Part shown: piece by piece, positions 20,377 to 30,886 of the stretch
How positions within the stretch are numbered: the stretch's first letter is position 1
How the letters are laid out: the number at the start of each line of letters is the position of its first letter
Source of the DNA: Cenarchaeum sp.
GTDB taxonomy: Archaea > Thermoproteota > Nitrososphaeria > Nitrososphaerales > Nitrosopumilaceae
Direction of reading: 5' to 3'
Assembly: GCA_965212015.1 (NCBI GenBank)
Contig: OZ243037.1
Coordinates: forward strand, 1,344,001-1,408,000
DNA: 64,000 nt
The notes under the pieces: model-generated
What the model saw: only the letters and a program-made list of their open reading frames with translations
Told to the model about the DNA's origin: nothing
The model's database searches: none
Program-made: the position numbers and the translations under genes

Positions 20377-21048
20377 CTACCCGGTCATCTCGTCTAGAAA
20401 CGACATCATTGCTGCCCTGTCGTCTTTTGACGAGCCGGCAAAGCCCTCCACAAACTCCCTTATGATCAGCACCGACTCGTCAGAGACGTGTCTGAAATTC
20501 GCAATGTCCAGCGGAAGCAGGTCCTCTATTGTGCCGTCGCAATAGGCCCTTGCGTGCTTTTCAAAGAGCGAGTATGTGAACCGCGGGGCAATTTTTGAGA
20601 ACTTGGATGTCACGTCATGCATGGATCTCTCCTCCGGATTCAGGGCGGCAAAAAACTTGTCGATAATGCCGCCCCTCTGGCCAATCTCGTCTAGCGACAG
20701 GCATACAAGCAGTCCCCTGGCAGTCAGCCTGTAATACGGGATGCCCATCTCCTGTAGGGCCTTGGGGCCCCTCTTTAGCGGCAGCCTGCCCTCCTCCTGC
20801 ACCAAATCCAGCGGAATCAGGACCTCGTCTAGATCCCTGAAAATGCCAGAATAGATATTCTTCCAGATTACGCTGTTTTTTGCGGCTATCCTCTGCGAGA
20901 TGGCAGTCCTGGTCCTGTCTGCCGGATTTGCCAGGGTGGCCAGCACCGTGAGTATTGATCTCTGGCGTATTGCCTCTCCGGTAAGCTCCCGGTTCTTTGT
21001 CTTGAATGTCTTGAAAATCGACAGTTTTGAGCCCTTTTTACCGCTCAT
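20377..21048 (-). CDS. Putative winged-helix regulator divergent from amt
   Basis: TRTAISQRIA...YSGIFRDLDEVLIPLDLV...YYRLTARG wHTH-like pattern; start ATG 21048. Confidence 0.65.
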   Translation of the reverse strand: MSGKKGSKLSIFKTFKTKNRELTGEAIRQRSILTVLATLANPADRTRTAISQRIAAKNSVIWKNIYSGIFRDLDEVLIPLDLVQEEGRLPLKRGPKALQEMGIPYYRLTARGLLVCLSLDEIGQRGGIIDKFFAALNPEERSMHDVTSKFSKIAPRFTYSLFEKHARAYCDGTIEDLLPLDIANFRHVSDESVLIIREFVEGFAGSSKDDRAAMMSFLDEMTG

Positions 21049-21173
21049 ATCCGCCTGATACCTGCCCCGTACATGATGGGTGTTTTCTGACACAATTTCA
21101 TCATTTTATGATACTATCACATAATACTGGAATATATTAATTTACATTTTTGAGGATTTAAACATCTCAATGC

Positions 21174-21181
21174 TTAAATAA
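21174..21181 (+). promoter_or_regulatory. TATA box of amt
   Basis: TTAAATAA about 25 nt upstream of the amt start. Confidence 0.5.
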
Positions 21182-21203
21182 TTTTCAAAAACGACAAAAT
21201 TTG

Positions 21204-22769
21204 ATGAATTCTAGAAACCACAAGTATGCTCTATTACTTGTGGCAGCGGTGGCCGTTACGGCAATCAGTGCAGTGTCAACAGCATATGCACAATCGATTG
21301 ACGACGGCATGGATGGATACGTCAAAGGAACTAGCGGAATCTATACCGGAAACCCCAACGAATGTTGGGTTGACAACGGAGATGGGACATTTACTGCATG
21401 TTACATAGACACGGGTGATACGTCATTCATGTTGGTAGCATCATCACTTGTCCTCTTTATGACTCCGGGTGTAGCATTCTTTTACGGTGGTCTTGCAAGA
21501 TCAAAGAACGCCGTAAACGTGATTGGAATGACCTTCATCATCATGGGCTTGATGGCATGGCAATGGGTTGCATGGGGATACTCCCTATCATTCGGACCCA
21601 TTGACAACGACGCCAACATGTTCATGGGCAGTCTTGACTACGTAGGCTTTAACCAAGTCTCCCACTATGCACCATTAGGTGCTCCAACAGCTTGTGACGG
21701 AGATACTTGGTCAAACGCGTACCAGATGCAACAGATGAAAGCAGAAGAGGCCTGTGGAGACTCTTGGCCTAGTACTGTCCCACATGCACTATTTGCAGCA
21801 TTCCAGGGAACTTTCGCAATTATTACACCGGCACTAATTGTTGGTGGACTAATTGACAGGATGAAGTTCAGCGCACTAGTAATCTTTGTTCTCCTCTGGG
21901 GTACATTCGTTTACGACCCAATTGCCCACTGGGTATGGGGTGGCGGATATATCGGAGGCGGAGCAATAGACCTTGATCCAGACTTGTCGCCAAGCTATGC
22001 ACTTGACTTTGCTGGCGGCACTGTAGTACACATTTCTTCGGGATTTTCTGCGCTGGCAGCAGCCTTGGTTCTTGGCCGAAGGCTGGGATATGGAAAGGTT
22101 CCAATGGAACCGCACAACGTACCAATGGTGGTACTTGGCGCATCCATACTCTGGTTTGGTTGGTTCGGATTCAATGCAGGAAGCGAAGTAATGGTGGACG
22201 GAATCACGGTAAGCGCCTGGGTAGTAACTAATACTGCAACAGGCGTGGCCGCTGTAACTTGGTTGTTAATGAGCTGGGCTCATACTGGCAAACCGAGTAT
22301 TGTTGGAGCTGCAACAGGAGCCGTTGCGGGTCTGGTAGCGATCACACCAGCATCTGGTTGGGTCGGACCAATGGCCTCGATAATCATCGGCATTGCAGCG
22401 GGAACAATCTGTTATGGATGTGTAGCATTCAAGAATGCACGCAAGTGGGACGACGCACTCGATGTATGGGGAGTACACGGGATGGGCGGCCTTACGGGCG
22501 CAATCTTGACTGGCACACTAGCTAGTCCCCACATTTGGGATACCGGCGACGGTATCGGTGCGTGGACCGGCACTCCGGAAGGATTTGAACAACAAGGTAT
22601 CAGCATCATTGGTGCGGCAATCTCTGTAGGATACGCCTTTGGCGTGACTATAGTGATTCTCAAAATCATGGATGCTGTATGGCCAGGCGGAATCAGGGTC
22701 ACTCCAAAGGAAGAGGAGATCGGACTCGATTTGGCACAACACGGCGAAAGAGCATACGTTAACGAATAG
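21204..22769 (+). CDS. amt: Ammonium transporter (Amt) with signal peptide
   Basis: FMTPGVAFFYGG, FQGTFAIIT, DFAGGTVVHISSG, LWFGWFGFNAGS, DDALDVWGVHG, EEEIGLD..HGE.AY. Confidence 0.97.
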   Translation: MNSRNHKYALLLVAAVAVTAISAVSTAYAQSIDDGMDGYVKGTSGIYTGNPNECWVDNGDGTFTACYIDTGDTSFMLVASSLVLFMTPGVAFFYGGLARSKNAVNVIGMTFIIMGLMAWQWVAWGYSLSFGPIDNDANMFMGSLDYVGFNQVSHYAPLGAPTACDGDTWSNAYQMQQMKAEEACGDSWPSTVPHALFAAFQGTFAIITPALIVGGLIDRMKFSALVIFVLLWGTFVYDPIAHWVWGGGYIGGGAIDLDPDLSPSYALDFAGGTVVHISSGFSALAAALVLGRRLGYGKVPMEPHNVPMVVLGASILWFGWFGFNAGSEVMVDGITVSAWVVTNTATGVAAVTWLLMSWAHTGKPSIVGAATGAVAGLVAITPASGWVGPMASIIIGIAAGTICYGCVAFKNARKWDDALDVWGVHGMGGLTGAILTGTLASPHIWDTGDGIGAWTGTPEGFEQQGISIIGAAISVGYAFGVTIVILKIMDAVWPGGIRVTPKEEEIGLDLAQHGERAYVNE

Positions 22770-22779
22770 AAAAAATCCA

Positions 22780-22797
22780 TTTTTTCTTTCTTTTTTT
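22780..22797 (+). terminator. Archaeal oligo-T terminator after amt
   Basis: Long T-rich tract immediately after the stop codon. Confidence 0.6.
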
Positions 22798-22934
22798 GAA
22801 TCTAGAGGTTTTTTTACCCGCACCGGTCTGCCGCGGGGCGGGAAAATCTTCTGCCATGAACCATCAATCCAAATTTACCATTCCCTTTACAATCCTTGAC
22901 ATTTGACAGAAAAAATCAATTTGTGATTAAAGTC

Positions 22935-23135
22935 ATGTTCGAATTCGTCCAGAAAAAGAGCGAAAAAACCTCCTATATCGTGGGCGGGGACTGGTCCGAG
23001 CTGAAAAAAGCGTGGGACAAGTACGGCAAGGCCAGAGATGATCAGGACAGTGCCGGAATGGAGCGATATGCCATGAAAATAAACCGCCTGCAAGAAAGGA
23101 TGGGAATTGAAAAAACAGGCTTTTCTGCATCCTAG
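22935..23135 (+). CDS. Small helical hypothetical protein
   Basis: MFEFVQKK...WSELKKAWDKYGKA...YAMKINRLQERMGI. Confidence 0.55.
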   Translation: MFEFVQKKSEKTSYIVGGDWSELKKAWDKYGKARDDQDSAGMERYAMKINRLQERMGIEKTGFSAS

Positions 23136-23293
23136 GCGATTCGCATACATCGTAAAGGACATTTTTCTGCGCGTTCCGTGACCGGATTTTACCGCAATCA
23201 CCAGATTCTTGTTCTCAAACCTACTCTTATGATCCTGAATATTGCTAATGATTCTCTTATTGGGATTTTATACGATCTCTAATTAGCGATCAA

Positions 23294-23935
23294 ATGATTA
23301 AAATAGGATCATTTATGACTAGAACCGTGGTACACACGACATTTCGCTCAACTGCCGCATATCCACAACTGTACTATATGCTGGAGCGCGGGGACTTTAA
23401 GCAGCGCCCCATGGCGCGGGATCTTGATCTGCCGCATGGAGCCAGGGTCAGCGGATTTGTAAACTGGCTAGTCGATCTGAAATTCATCGAAAAGACAAGA
23501 AGCAGAAAACAGCGCTTAAACGTCTACAGGGTAGTCTCCCCGGTGGCCCTAGTCAAGTTTTATAGCACCTTTAGGAACATGGGGACGCACATGGTGTCCC
23601 GGGACTGGGGAACCGACAGAAACGAGGTCATTGAGCACTTTAAAAACGAGGGCGGGGTTTTCTGCCTGACAACTGCACTGGAGCATTACACGGAATACGT
23701 GCGCGATCCCGCAGTTAACGTCTATGTGGGCGATGATTTCTGGAACGAGATGCAAAAAAAAGAGACGTCCGGTACCATACGTGTCAACATGTATCCGTTT
23801 CAGCCGTTCAGGGACGACAATGTAGTTGAAAAAGACGGCCTGAAAATAACCACCAAGCTCAGAACGCTGATAGATCTGTATTGCAATGACAAGGCGTATG
23901 TCACAGAACCGCTGGTAAAACAACTATGGCCATAG
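23294..23935 (+). CDS. wHTH/AbiEi-like putative type IV antitoxin
   Basis: N-terminal wHTH (MARDLDL...VNWLVDLKFIEK); C-terminal ITTKLRTLIDL resembles AbiEi. Confidence 0.6.
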   Translation: MIKIGSFMTRTVVHTTFRSTAAYPQLYYMLERGDFKQRPMARDLDLPHGARVSGFVNWLVDLKFIEKTRSRKQRLNVYRVVSPVALVKFYSTFRNMGTHMVSRDWGTDRNEVIEHFKNEGGVFCLTTALEHYTEYVRDPAVNVYVGDDFWNEMQKKETSGTIRVNMYPFQPFRDDNVVEKDGLKITTKLRTLIDLYCNDKAYVTEPLVKQLWP

Positions 23936-24684
23936 AAGGTGACAGGTATGCGCCTGGGCTGACGAGCAAAAGCCAGACGGAGCTGCAAAAATTTGCAAAA
24001 TGGTACAACACCAATCAGGGCGGTAATTGGCCCACGGTGATAGGCGGATGGGCGGTGTGGTCCTATCATGAAGAAGGATTTGGCTCGCGCGACGTTGACC
24101 TGATTTTTCCGACAGACGAGTGGATTGAAAACATGATGATAGAGACGTATTTTCCCGGAAACAGATTTAAAAAATACAGGATTGGGGATCCGATCTTTGG
24201 CGAACTGCATTACGGCAAGCCGATTGATGGTAAAGACGACGTGGTGTTTTTTGATTTGGTTTCCGCGCAAACCCCGCGGGAGGATACGGTAAACATGGGC
24301 GTAACCGTGGACTGGAACTGGGTTTATGAGGATCAACGAGCGCGGTCAATCGGAAATGATGCCTCAATCAACGTTCCGTCATTGGAATTTTTAATCACGC
24401 TGAAAATCATAGGCTGCATATCCAGACGCAGGCAATTACAGCGTGCCGCCGACGAGTCATATTTCCAATCCAAAATCTGGAAGGACTGCTACGATATTGC
24501 AAATCTTGCCAGTCATCTGACGCCCAATGGCGAAAAACTGTTGTATCATTTCAACCGAACTGGCCTTAACAGGGAACTGTTTCAGGAATTTTTGGAAATT
24601 TATGACGGCAAAAAGAATGCACTGGAGGACGGTAAGGCAAAAATGGAATATCTGGAGAGGCTACTTGGCCTGTTCGGGCAATAA
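23926..24684 (+). CDS. AbiEii-like nucleotidyltransferase (putative type IV toxin)
   Basis: VIGGWAV, SRDVDL, conserved K (ITLKI), KDCYD; overlaps the upstream gene. Confidence 0.7.
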   Translation: MAIEGDRYAPGLTSKSQTELQKFAKWYNTNQGGNWPTVIGGWAVWSYHEEGFGSRDVDLIFPTDEWIENMMIETYFPGNRFKKYRIGDPIFGELHYGKPIDGKDDVVFFDLVSAQTPREDTVNMGVTVDWNWVYEDQRARSIGNDASINVPSLEFLITLKIIGCISRRRQLQRAADESYFQSKIWKDCYDIANLASHLTPNGEKLLYHFNRTGLNRELFQEFLEIYDGKKNALEDGKAKMEYLERLLGLFGQ

Positions 24685-24788
24685 GATGCCCATTCACCCA
24701 TTCCCGCGCGCCAGAATTGGCGGATCAATTTCCGCACAAGCGCGACCAGACCAAACAGTTTAACAAACGCCGCGTCCCCAAAAGAACA

Positions 24789-25565
24789 ATGTTCATGCAG
24801 ACCAGCGAGCTGGGAAAAATCCTGGACGATCCGGGCCTGATCATAATAGACTCGCGCTCCTTTGGGCAGTACTCCGGCGGGCACATTCCGGGCGCCATAC
24901 ACCTGGATCTTTTTGCGTTCCACTGGATAGACACCACCGACGGGGGAATAGAGGCGTTCAACGCCCAGGCCCGCCAGCTCTTTTCGTTCTGCGGCGTAAC
25001 AGAAAAGAGCAAGGTGGTCTTTTACGACGACCAGTCCGGCATGCTGGCATCCCGAGGAGTCTGGCTCTTGAATTATTTCTCCCATCCGGATGCGCATCTT
25101 TTGGACGGGGGCTATGGCAAGTGGAAAAAAGAGGCCATGCCGACAGAGACAAGTACAAACAGCCCCCGCCCGGCGGAATTCTCCGGAAGGGCCGACCCGG
25201 AAATGATTGCAGGATTCGAGTTTATCCGGGACAACCTTGCGGATCTGAAGATTTTGGATGCCCGCTCGCCTGAAGAGTATGACGGGCGTATCGTCAGGGC
25301 TGCAAAATCAGGACACATACCGCGCGCGGTAAACATTGACTGGAACCTCAACCTGGCAGAGGACGGCACCATTGCGGATTCTGCACGGCTGGAAAAACTG
25401 TACCAGTTTCCCAAGGATGCCAAAATAGTGACCTATTGCCAGGGCGCATACAGGGCCGCCAACACTTTTCTGTCACTCAAAAAAATCGGTTTTAAGGACG
25501 TCCGCGTGTACCTTGGCTCCTGGGGCGAGTGGGGAAACAAGCCGGAGCTTGCCGCAGAAACCTGA
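24789..25565 (+). CDS. Tandem rhodanese sulfurtransferase
   Basis: GHIPGA, LDGGY, DARSPEEY, GHIPRA, YCQGAYRA, YLGSWGEW. Confidence 0.92.
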   Translation: MFMQTSELGKILDDPGLIIIDSRSFGQYSGGHIPGAIHLDLFAFHWIDTTDGGIEAFNAQARQLFSFCGVTEKSKVVFYDDQSGMLASRGVWLLNYFSHPDAHLLDGGYGKWKKEAMPTETSTNSPRPAEFSGRADPEMIAGFEFIRDNLADLKILDARSPEEYDGRIVRAAKSGHIPRAVNIDWNLNLAEDGTIADSARLEKLYQFPKDAKIVTYCQGAYRAANTFLSLKKIGFKDVRVYLGSWGEWGNKPELAAET

Positions 25566-25706
25566 GCGCATAAAATGCAAAGTTCTACATGAAAAAACAC
25601 GGAAACGTCTACAGGGATTATGCAGTTTTGGGAGTGAATCAAAAACACAACATTGTGTTATTTTTTATAGGAGTCATTATAACTCGAGACATGGCATTAA
25701 GAGGGA

Positions 25707-26159
25707 TTGCCCCGTTGGATGATCATCAATGAGGATTATCTGAAATATTATCAATACGATGCCCTGTATGATGCGCAAGAAAACCTTGCACATACATATC
25801 TGTTAAAGCTTGATGAAAAAGTATTGGGATATGTCTCTGTTGCATTGGCACACATTCGCAAGGAAAACAGAGATAAAATGATGAAAAAAGGCACTGATGG
25901 AAACATATCCGCATTGTTAATCAGTCATTTGGCAACGGACAGCAGGTTTCTAAGACAAGGGGTTGGAACCACACTTATCGATGTGGCATTAGACATGGCA
26001 AAATCCATATCTCGATATATCGGATGCCGATATTTGGCACTTCATCCGGAAGATGATGACGGAGTTAAACAATTTTATGCAAAATACGGATTTGAGTATA
26101 TTGAAAAAACTGTCGAAGATAAAGAAAAAGATCTTTTTATCTTGGACATAACCACGTGA
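25707..26159 (+). CDS. GNAT N-acetyltransferase (TacT/AtaT-like); N-terminus uncertain
   Basis: LLISHLATDSRFLRQGVGTTL, GCRYLAL, FYAKYGF; AT-rich DNA. Confidence 0.75.
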   Translation: MPRWMIINEDYLKYYQYDALYDAQENLAHTYLLKLDEKVLGYVSVALAHIRKENRDKMMKKGTDGNISALLISHLATDSRFLRQGVGTTLIDVALDMAKSISRYIGCRYLALHPEDDDGVKQFYAKYGFEYIEKTVEDKEKDLFILDITT

Positions 26160-26280
26160 TCACGCCCGTGACTCAGCTAATTACGGTTATGCCGAATATC
26201 GCAAATCCCAGCATGATTAGTGCGGGAACCAGCGTGATTGCGGCCTCTTTTGACATGCGTCATTTCCCCCATGCCATCTA

Positions 26281-28395
26281 TTAACCGTTCTCCGATGTCC
26301 TGCCCTTCCATGACAGGGTATTGTATACCATCTCTGGCACCAGCTGCCTGAACGGCTGGGCGCCCCCCTCGTACCACTTCGTGAAAAACTCGTACAGGTG
26401 GAGCCTGAGCGACTGTATGTACACTATGAGCCCCTCGATCATCATGATTCCGATCTGCCCGCCTACAATAAGGACGATCGCAGTGGGGGAGCTCAGCCCG
26501 CCCAGCGACGCAAACGCGTCATTGACAGTCAGCAATAGTGCGGCGTGCACCAAAAGCATTATTCCAATCCTGGCATAGCTTATGGTGTGCGCCAGACACT
26601 CTATGGTCTTGCCCAAAAAGACCTCCATTATCACGCTTACCATGTCGCCGCCCTCGTTGGGGTGCTTTTTGTTGTGCTTTATCCCGCCTATGACCATCAG
26701 CACCATTGCGGCAATGATTACTATGATTGAAATCCTGACTACCAGCCAGACCACCGCCCACTCCCCGACTATTACGGTAATCCACGGCACGGCCTCTGTG
26801 TGAATCCTCGAATACATGTTTATCACGTCATACCCGGAGCCTATGGCCCCCATCATCACCCCGAACACGCCGGACCACATGAAAAAGTTCGGGATTGCCT
26901 CAAAGAACATTGCGTCCCTGTTTCCCGTCCTCCAAAAGTTGTGTATTCGCAGAATGAACGCCCATCCAAGGTGTATGACGCCGATGAATATGGAGACCTT
27001 TAGAATCAGTATCACCTGCTCGAATGTCAGCTCGGCCACCGAGATCGCCCCGATGAGCCACCCTATGGAGTGGAGCGGCCCGCCCTCGTGCAGCATGCTC
27101 TCTAGCGGCTCGAAATGATCCAAGTGGAACCCAAACACCTCGCCCTGAAAGACGCCGGCTATCGCGCCGGCGGCGCCGGACATTGCCAAAAGCATCCCCC
27201 ATCTGGTCAGCGTTCCCTGACCCTTGAACTTGAAGAGCAGTCCCAGTCCCATCAGCAGCAGCCCGTGGCCCAAATCCGCAAACATCAGCCCGTAAAACAC
27301 GGGCCACATTAGCGCAATCATCCACGTGGGATCAAACTCGCCCCTCTTTGGAATCCCCTGGCTGTCCGTAATCACCTCGTAGGTCCTCACCCACCTCGGG
27401 TTCTGTATGTGGACCGGAAGGGCGGCCAGCTTTTGCGGATCCGTTATCTCTTCAGTCATCGAGGTCCACTGGCTCGTGGCCTGCCTGAATTTTTCCTCCA
27501 TTTTTTTTGGAATGTATCCCTGTATGAGCGCAAAGCGCCTTGTGCCGCCGGGCTTTCTGAGCGTCTCTAGGACGTCCTTTGCAACAAAGGCCGTCTCGTG
27601 CAGCGCAAGTATCTCGCCGCGTATCTTTTTTGTGACTGCGGCCAGCTTTTTGGCGATTGATTTCTTTTTTGACTCTAGCTCTTTTATCTTGGATTCCGCA
27701 AGCGCAAAAGCCTCGCTTGGCACCTGCGGGAAGCCCTGCGGGATTGCAAATGGGTTGGCATTGACTGCCCGCATCACCTTGAGAATCCTGTCCGAATCCC
27801 GCGCGCCGCCGATTATGACGACTGCGGATTTTTCCTTTGACTCTAGATCGTACCTGTAGACGGCCGTATCATCCAGCGTCCTTTGTATCTCCTCGAAATC
27901 CGAGGAATTTATTATGAAAACATTGGTGTAAAAGTACCTCGCCTGCCCGAGGCCGCCCAGATCCATGTCCAGCTTGCCTGCCACCCGGAGCGCATCCCTC
28001 AGGGAGGAATACTCGTCCAGGGAGCGCCTCACATCAGAGTCCTCCCCGAGCATCTTTGCTGCCTCGGCGATCGCACCGGGGGCCCTTGCCTCCAGATCGT
28101 CGATCATTTTGTGTATCTCGTCGAGCTCGTACTTTTGCCTCTTGAATGTAGTCCCCTTGAAGAGAATCTCCATTATTCCCACCCTGGGCGGGATATTGAG
28201 GCCCTTGACTATCTCCTCTATCGACTGGTGCACCTTTTGCGCCCTCAGGAGCAAGTCGTCTATCTCTGGCGTGACAGTCTCGTTTTCGGCCTCGATCTTG
28301 TGGAACCACTCGAACTCCACAAGGCGGGAGATGGCCCTCGGCGATTCGGTCCTGGGCAGCACGACGGATCCCAGCAGTAGTTCAGAGACGGCCAA
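26281..28395 (-). CDS. atpI: A/V-type ATP synthase subunit I
   Basis: EFDPT, YGLMFADLGHG, HTISYARI, IQSLRLHLYEFFTKWYEG; start set at TTG 28395. Confidence 0.95.
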   Translation of the reverse strand: MAVSELLLGSVVLPRTESPRAISRLVEFEWFHKIEAENETVTPEIDDLLLRAQKVHQSIEEIVKGLNIPPRVGIMEILFKGTTFKRQKYELDEIHKMIDDLEARAPGAIAEAAKMLGEDSDVRRSLDEYSSLRDALRVAGKLDMDLGGLGQARYFYTNVFIINSSDFEEIQRTLDDTAVYRYDLESKEKSAVVIIGGARDSDRILKVMRAVNANPFAIPQGFPQVPSEAFALAESKIKELESKKKSIAKKLAAVTKKIRGEILALHETAFVAKDVLETLRKPGGTRRFALIQGYIPKKMEEKFRQATSQWTSMTEEITDPQKLAALPVHIQNPRWVRTYEVITDSQGIPKRGEFDPTWMIALMWPVFYGLMFADLGHGLLLMGLGLLFKFKGQGTLTRWGMLLAMSGAAGAIAGVFQGEVFGFHLDHFEPLESMLHEGGPLHSIGWLIGAISVAELTFEQVILILKVSIFIGVIHLGWAFILRIHNFWRTGNRDAMFFEAIPNFFMWSGVFGVMMGAIGSGYDVINMYSRIHTEAVPWITVIVGEWAVVWLVVRISIIVIIAAMVLMVIGGIKHNKKHPNEGGDMVSVIMEVFLGKTIECLAHTISYARIGIMLLVHAALLLTVNDAFASLGGLSSPTAIVLIVGGQIGIMMIEGLIVYIQSLRLHLYEFFTKWYEGGAQPFRQLVPEMVYNTLSWKGRTSENG

Positions 28396-28506
28396 TAATA
28401 CCACCGAATCAGATGATGGTTTAAAATCTTTCCAACTCGGGGACCGGCCGATCCCCGAAAAAAATACTCCAAACATTAAAATCCAATATTAATACACGCC
28501 ACTTCG

Positions 28507-29106
28507 ATGAGTTCTGATTCCCGGCTTGAGCAGAGTATTGATAAAATCCTGGCACAGCACGAATCCGAACTGCTGGCGGGCCTCAAGGACGCCCACGGCG
28601 AGGCGCAAGAAAAGCTTGCCAAATCCCGGTCCTCCATGGAGGACGAATATGACAGAATCATAGACGAGGGGAAAAAAGAGGCAGAAAAGATCGCAAAACA
28701 GATCGTTGGCAGCTCAAACCTACAGGCAAGAAACAAGCAGCTTTTGCTGGTCCAGCAGCACATAGACGGCGTTCTTGAAAAGGCCATAGAAAAGATCCGC
28801 TCCGCTGATCGCAATAATGACTATTCCAAATTCATATCGTCGCTAATCTCCGAGTCCGTCGCCGCACTGGGGACGCCCGACGTCATAATCTCGACTAGCG
28901 CCGGGGACAAAAAGACGGTCAAGTCGGTTCTGGGAAAATTTGCCGGCGCCAAGCTGTCCGCAGACGCGGCGGACTGTCTTGGCGGGGTTTATGTAAAGTC
29001 AAAGGACGGCTCAATGTCGTACGACAATACCATCGATTCCAGGATTGAACGTATGAAGCCTTTAATAAGGAAAGAAATTGCCAACAAATTCGGAATAGGT
29101 AGTTAG
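28507..29106 (+). CDS. atpE: A/V-type ATP synthase subunit E
   Basis: Coiled-coil N-terminus; CLGGV...DG...YDNTIDSR. Confidence 0.9.
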   Translation: MSSDSRLEQSIDKILAQHESELLAGLKDAHGEAQEKLAKSRSSMEDEYDRIIDEGKKEAEKIAKQIVGSSNLQARNKQLLLVQQHIDGVLEKAIEKIRSADRNNDYSKFISSLISESVAALGTPDVIISTSAGDKKTVKSVLGKFAGAKLSADAADCLGGVYVKSKDGSMSYDNTIDSRIERMKPLIRKEIANKFGIGS

Positions 29107-29107
29107 C

Positions 29108-30886
29108 ATGGTGGCACAAGGCAGAATTGTTTGGGTTAGCGGTCCTGCAGTCAAGGCAGACGGCATGGCAGACGCAAAAATGTACGAGACTGTCTCAGTC
29201 GGGGACGCAAAGCTGATAGGCGAGGTAATCAGGCTTACCGGCGATGTCGCATTCATCCAGGTATACGAGTCGACTAGCGGCCTCAAGCCCGGCGAGCCCG
29301 TGGTCGGAACGGGAAACCCGCTAAGCGTGTTTCTGGGCCCGGGAATCATTGGACAAATCTATGACGGCATCCAAAGGCCGCTCAAGGAGCTCTCGAAAAA
29401 ATCCGGCTCTTTTATCGGACGTGGCATCACCACGACTCCAGTGGATCTTACAAAGAAATACCACTTTGTACCGACTGTCAAGGCAGGCGACGAGGCGGTT
29501 CCGGGAACCATCATCGGCTCCGTCAAGGAGACGGAGCTAATCGAACACAAGATAATGATCCCCCCTGATCACCAGGGCGGCAAGATTTCCAATATCGTCC
29601 CAGAGGGGGACTATGATCTAGAGACGGAGGTTGCCACAACGCAAAAGGACGGCAGCTCCTCGCCGGTAAAGATGTACCACAAGTGGCCGGTGCGACACCC
29701 GCGCCCGTACCACGAAAGGTACGATCCCACCATTCCGCTGCTTACGGGCCAGCGCGTAATTGACACGTTCTTTCCCATGGCAAAGGGCGGCACGGGCTCG
29801 ATTCCCGGCGCATTTGGCACCGGCAAGACCGTGACGCTGCACCAGATTGCAAAATGGGCCGACGCCCAGGTGGTGGTGTACATTGGCTGCGGGGAGAGGG
29901 GAAACGAAATGACCGAGGTGCTCACGGAATTCCCGGAGCTCAAGGATCCGCGCACCGGAAAGCCGCTCATGGACAGGACAGTCCTGGTTGCAAACACCAG
30001 CAACATGCCGGTGGCGGCCAGGGAGGCAAGCATATACACCGGAGTTACAATCGCAGAATACTACAGGGACATGGGAATGGACGTGGTCCTAGTCGCCGAT
30101 TCCACAAGCAGGTGGGCCGAAGCACTCAGAGAGATGAGCGGCAGGCTAGAGGAGATGCCCGCAGAGGAGGGATACCCGTCGTACCTTGCATCAAGACTGG
30201 CCGAATTCTACGAGAGGGCCGGGCGCATCAGGGCGCAGGGCAGCCCGCAGAGGGACGGTTCTGTCACGCTAGTCGGCGCAGTGTCGCCGTCGGGGGGAGA
30301 CTTTACAGAGCCGGTGACCACGCACACCATGAGGTTTATCAAGACGTTCTGGGCGCTTGACGCAAAGCTGGCGTATTCCCGGCACTATCCGTCAATCAAC
30401 TGGATGAACAGCTATTCCGGATACCTTGCCGACGTTGCAAAGTGGTGGGGCGAAAACATAAACGAGCAATGGCTGGACCTGAGAAGCGAGGCGTACGGGG
30501 TGCTGCAGCGCGAGGACACCCTAAAGGAGATAGTCCGGCTCTTGGGCCCCGAGGCGCTTCCCGACGATCAAAAACTCATACTCGAGGTGGCAAGGATGAT
30601 AAAAATCGGAATCCTGCAGCAAAACTCGTTTGACGAGGTCGACACGTACTGCAGCCCCGAAAAGCAGGTAAAGCTGCTGCAGCTGCTCGTACAGTTTTAC
30701 AGGGAGGGCCAGCAGGTGCTCAAGGACGGCGCCACGCTTGCCGACATACGCACAATGTCCACGATTAGCTCGCTGCTCAAGGCGAGAATGGACATCAAGG
30801 ACGACGAGATTGCAAAGCTAGACGAGCTGTCCGCTGCGATAACGGAGCAATTCAAGAGCATATCGGGGGTAAAGGTTTCAAGTTGA
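29108..30886 (+). CDS. atpA: A/V-type ATP synthase subunit A
   Basis: [40 protein letters not shown]. Confidence 0.98.
   Translation: MVAQGRIVWVSGPAVKADGMADAKMYETVSVGDAKLIGEVIRLTGDVAFIQVYESTSGLKPGEPVVGTGNPLSVFLGPGIIGQIYDGIQRPLKELSKKSGSFIGRGITTTPVDLTKKYHFVPTVKAGDEAVPGTIIGSVKETELIEHKIMIPPDHQGGKISNIVPEGDYDLETEVATTQKDGSSSPVKMYHKWPVRHPRPYHERYDPTIPLLTGQRVIDTFFPMAKGGTGSIPGAFGTGKTVTLHQIAKWADAQVVVYIGCGERGNEMTEVLTEFPELKDPRTGKPLMDRTVLVANTSNMPVAAREASIYTGVTIAEYYRDMGMDVVLVADSTSRWAEALREMSGRLEEMPAEEGYPSYLASRLAEFYERAGRIRAQGSPQRDGSVTLVGAVSPSGGDFTEPVTTHTMRFIKTFWALDAKLAYSRHYPSINWMNSYSGYLADVAKWWGENINEQWLDLRSEAYGVLQREDTLKEIVRLLGPEALPDDQKLILEVARMIKIGILQQNSFDEVDTYCSPEKQVKLLQLLVQFYREGQQVLKDGATLADIRTMSTISSLLKARMDIKDDEIAKLDELSAAITEQFKSISGVKVSS

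Noticed and set aside
29108-30886. Intein in ATPase A (nrdJ also checked)
   Set aside because: Normal length and contiguous motifs; no intein splice motifs seen
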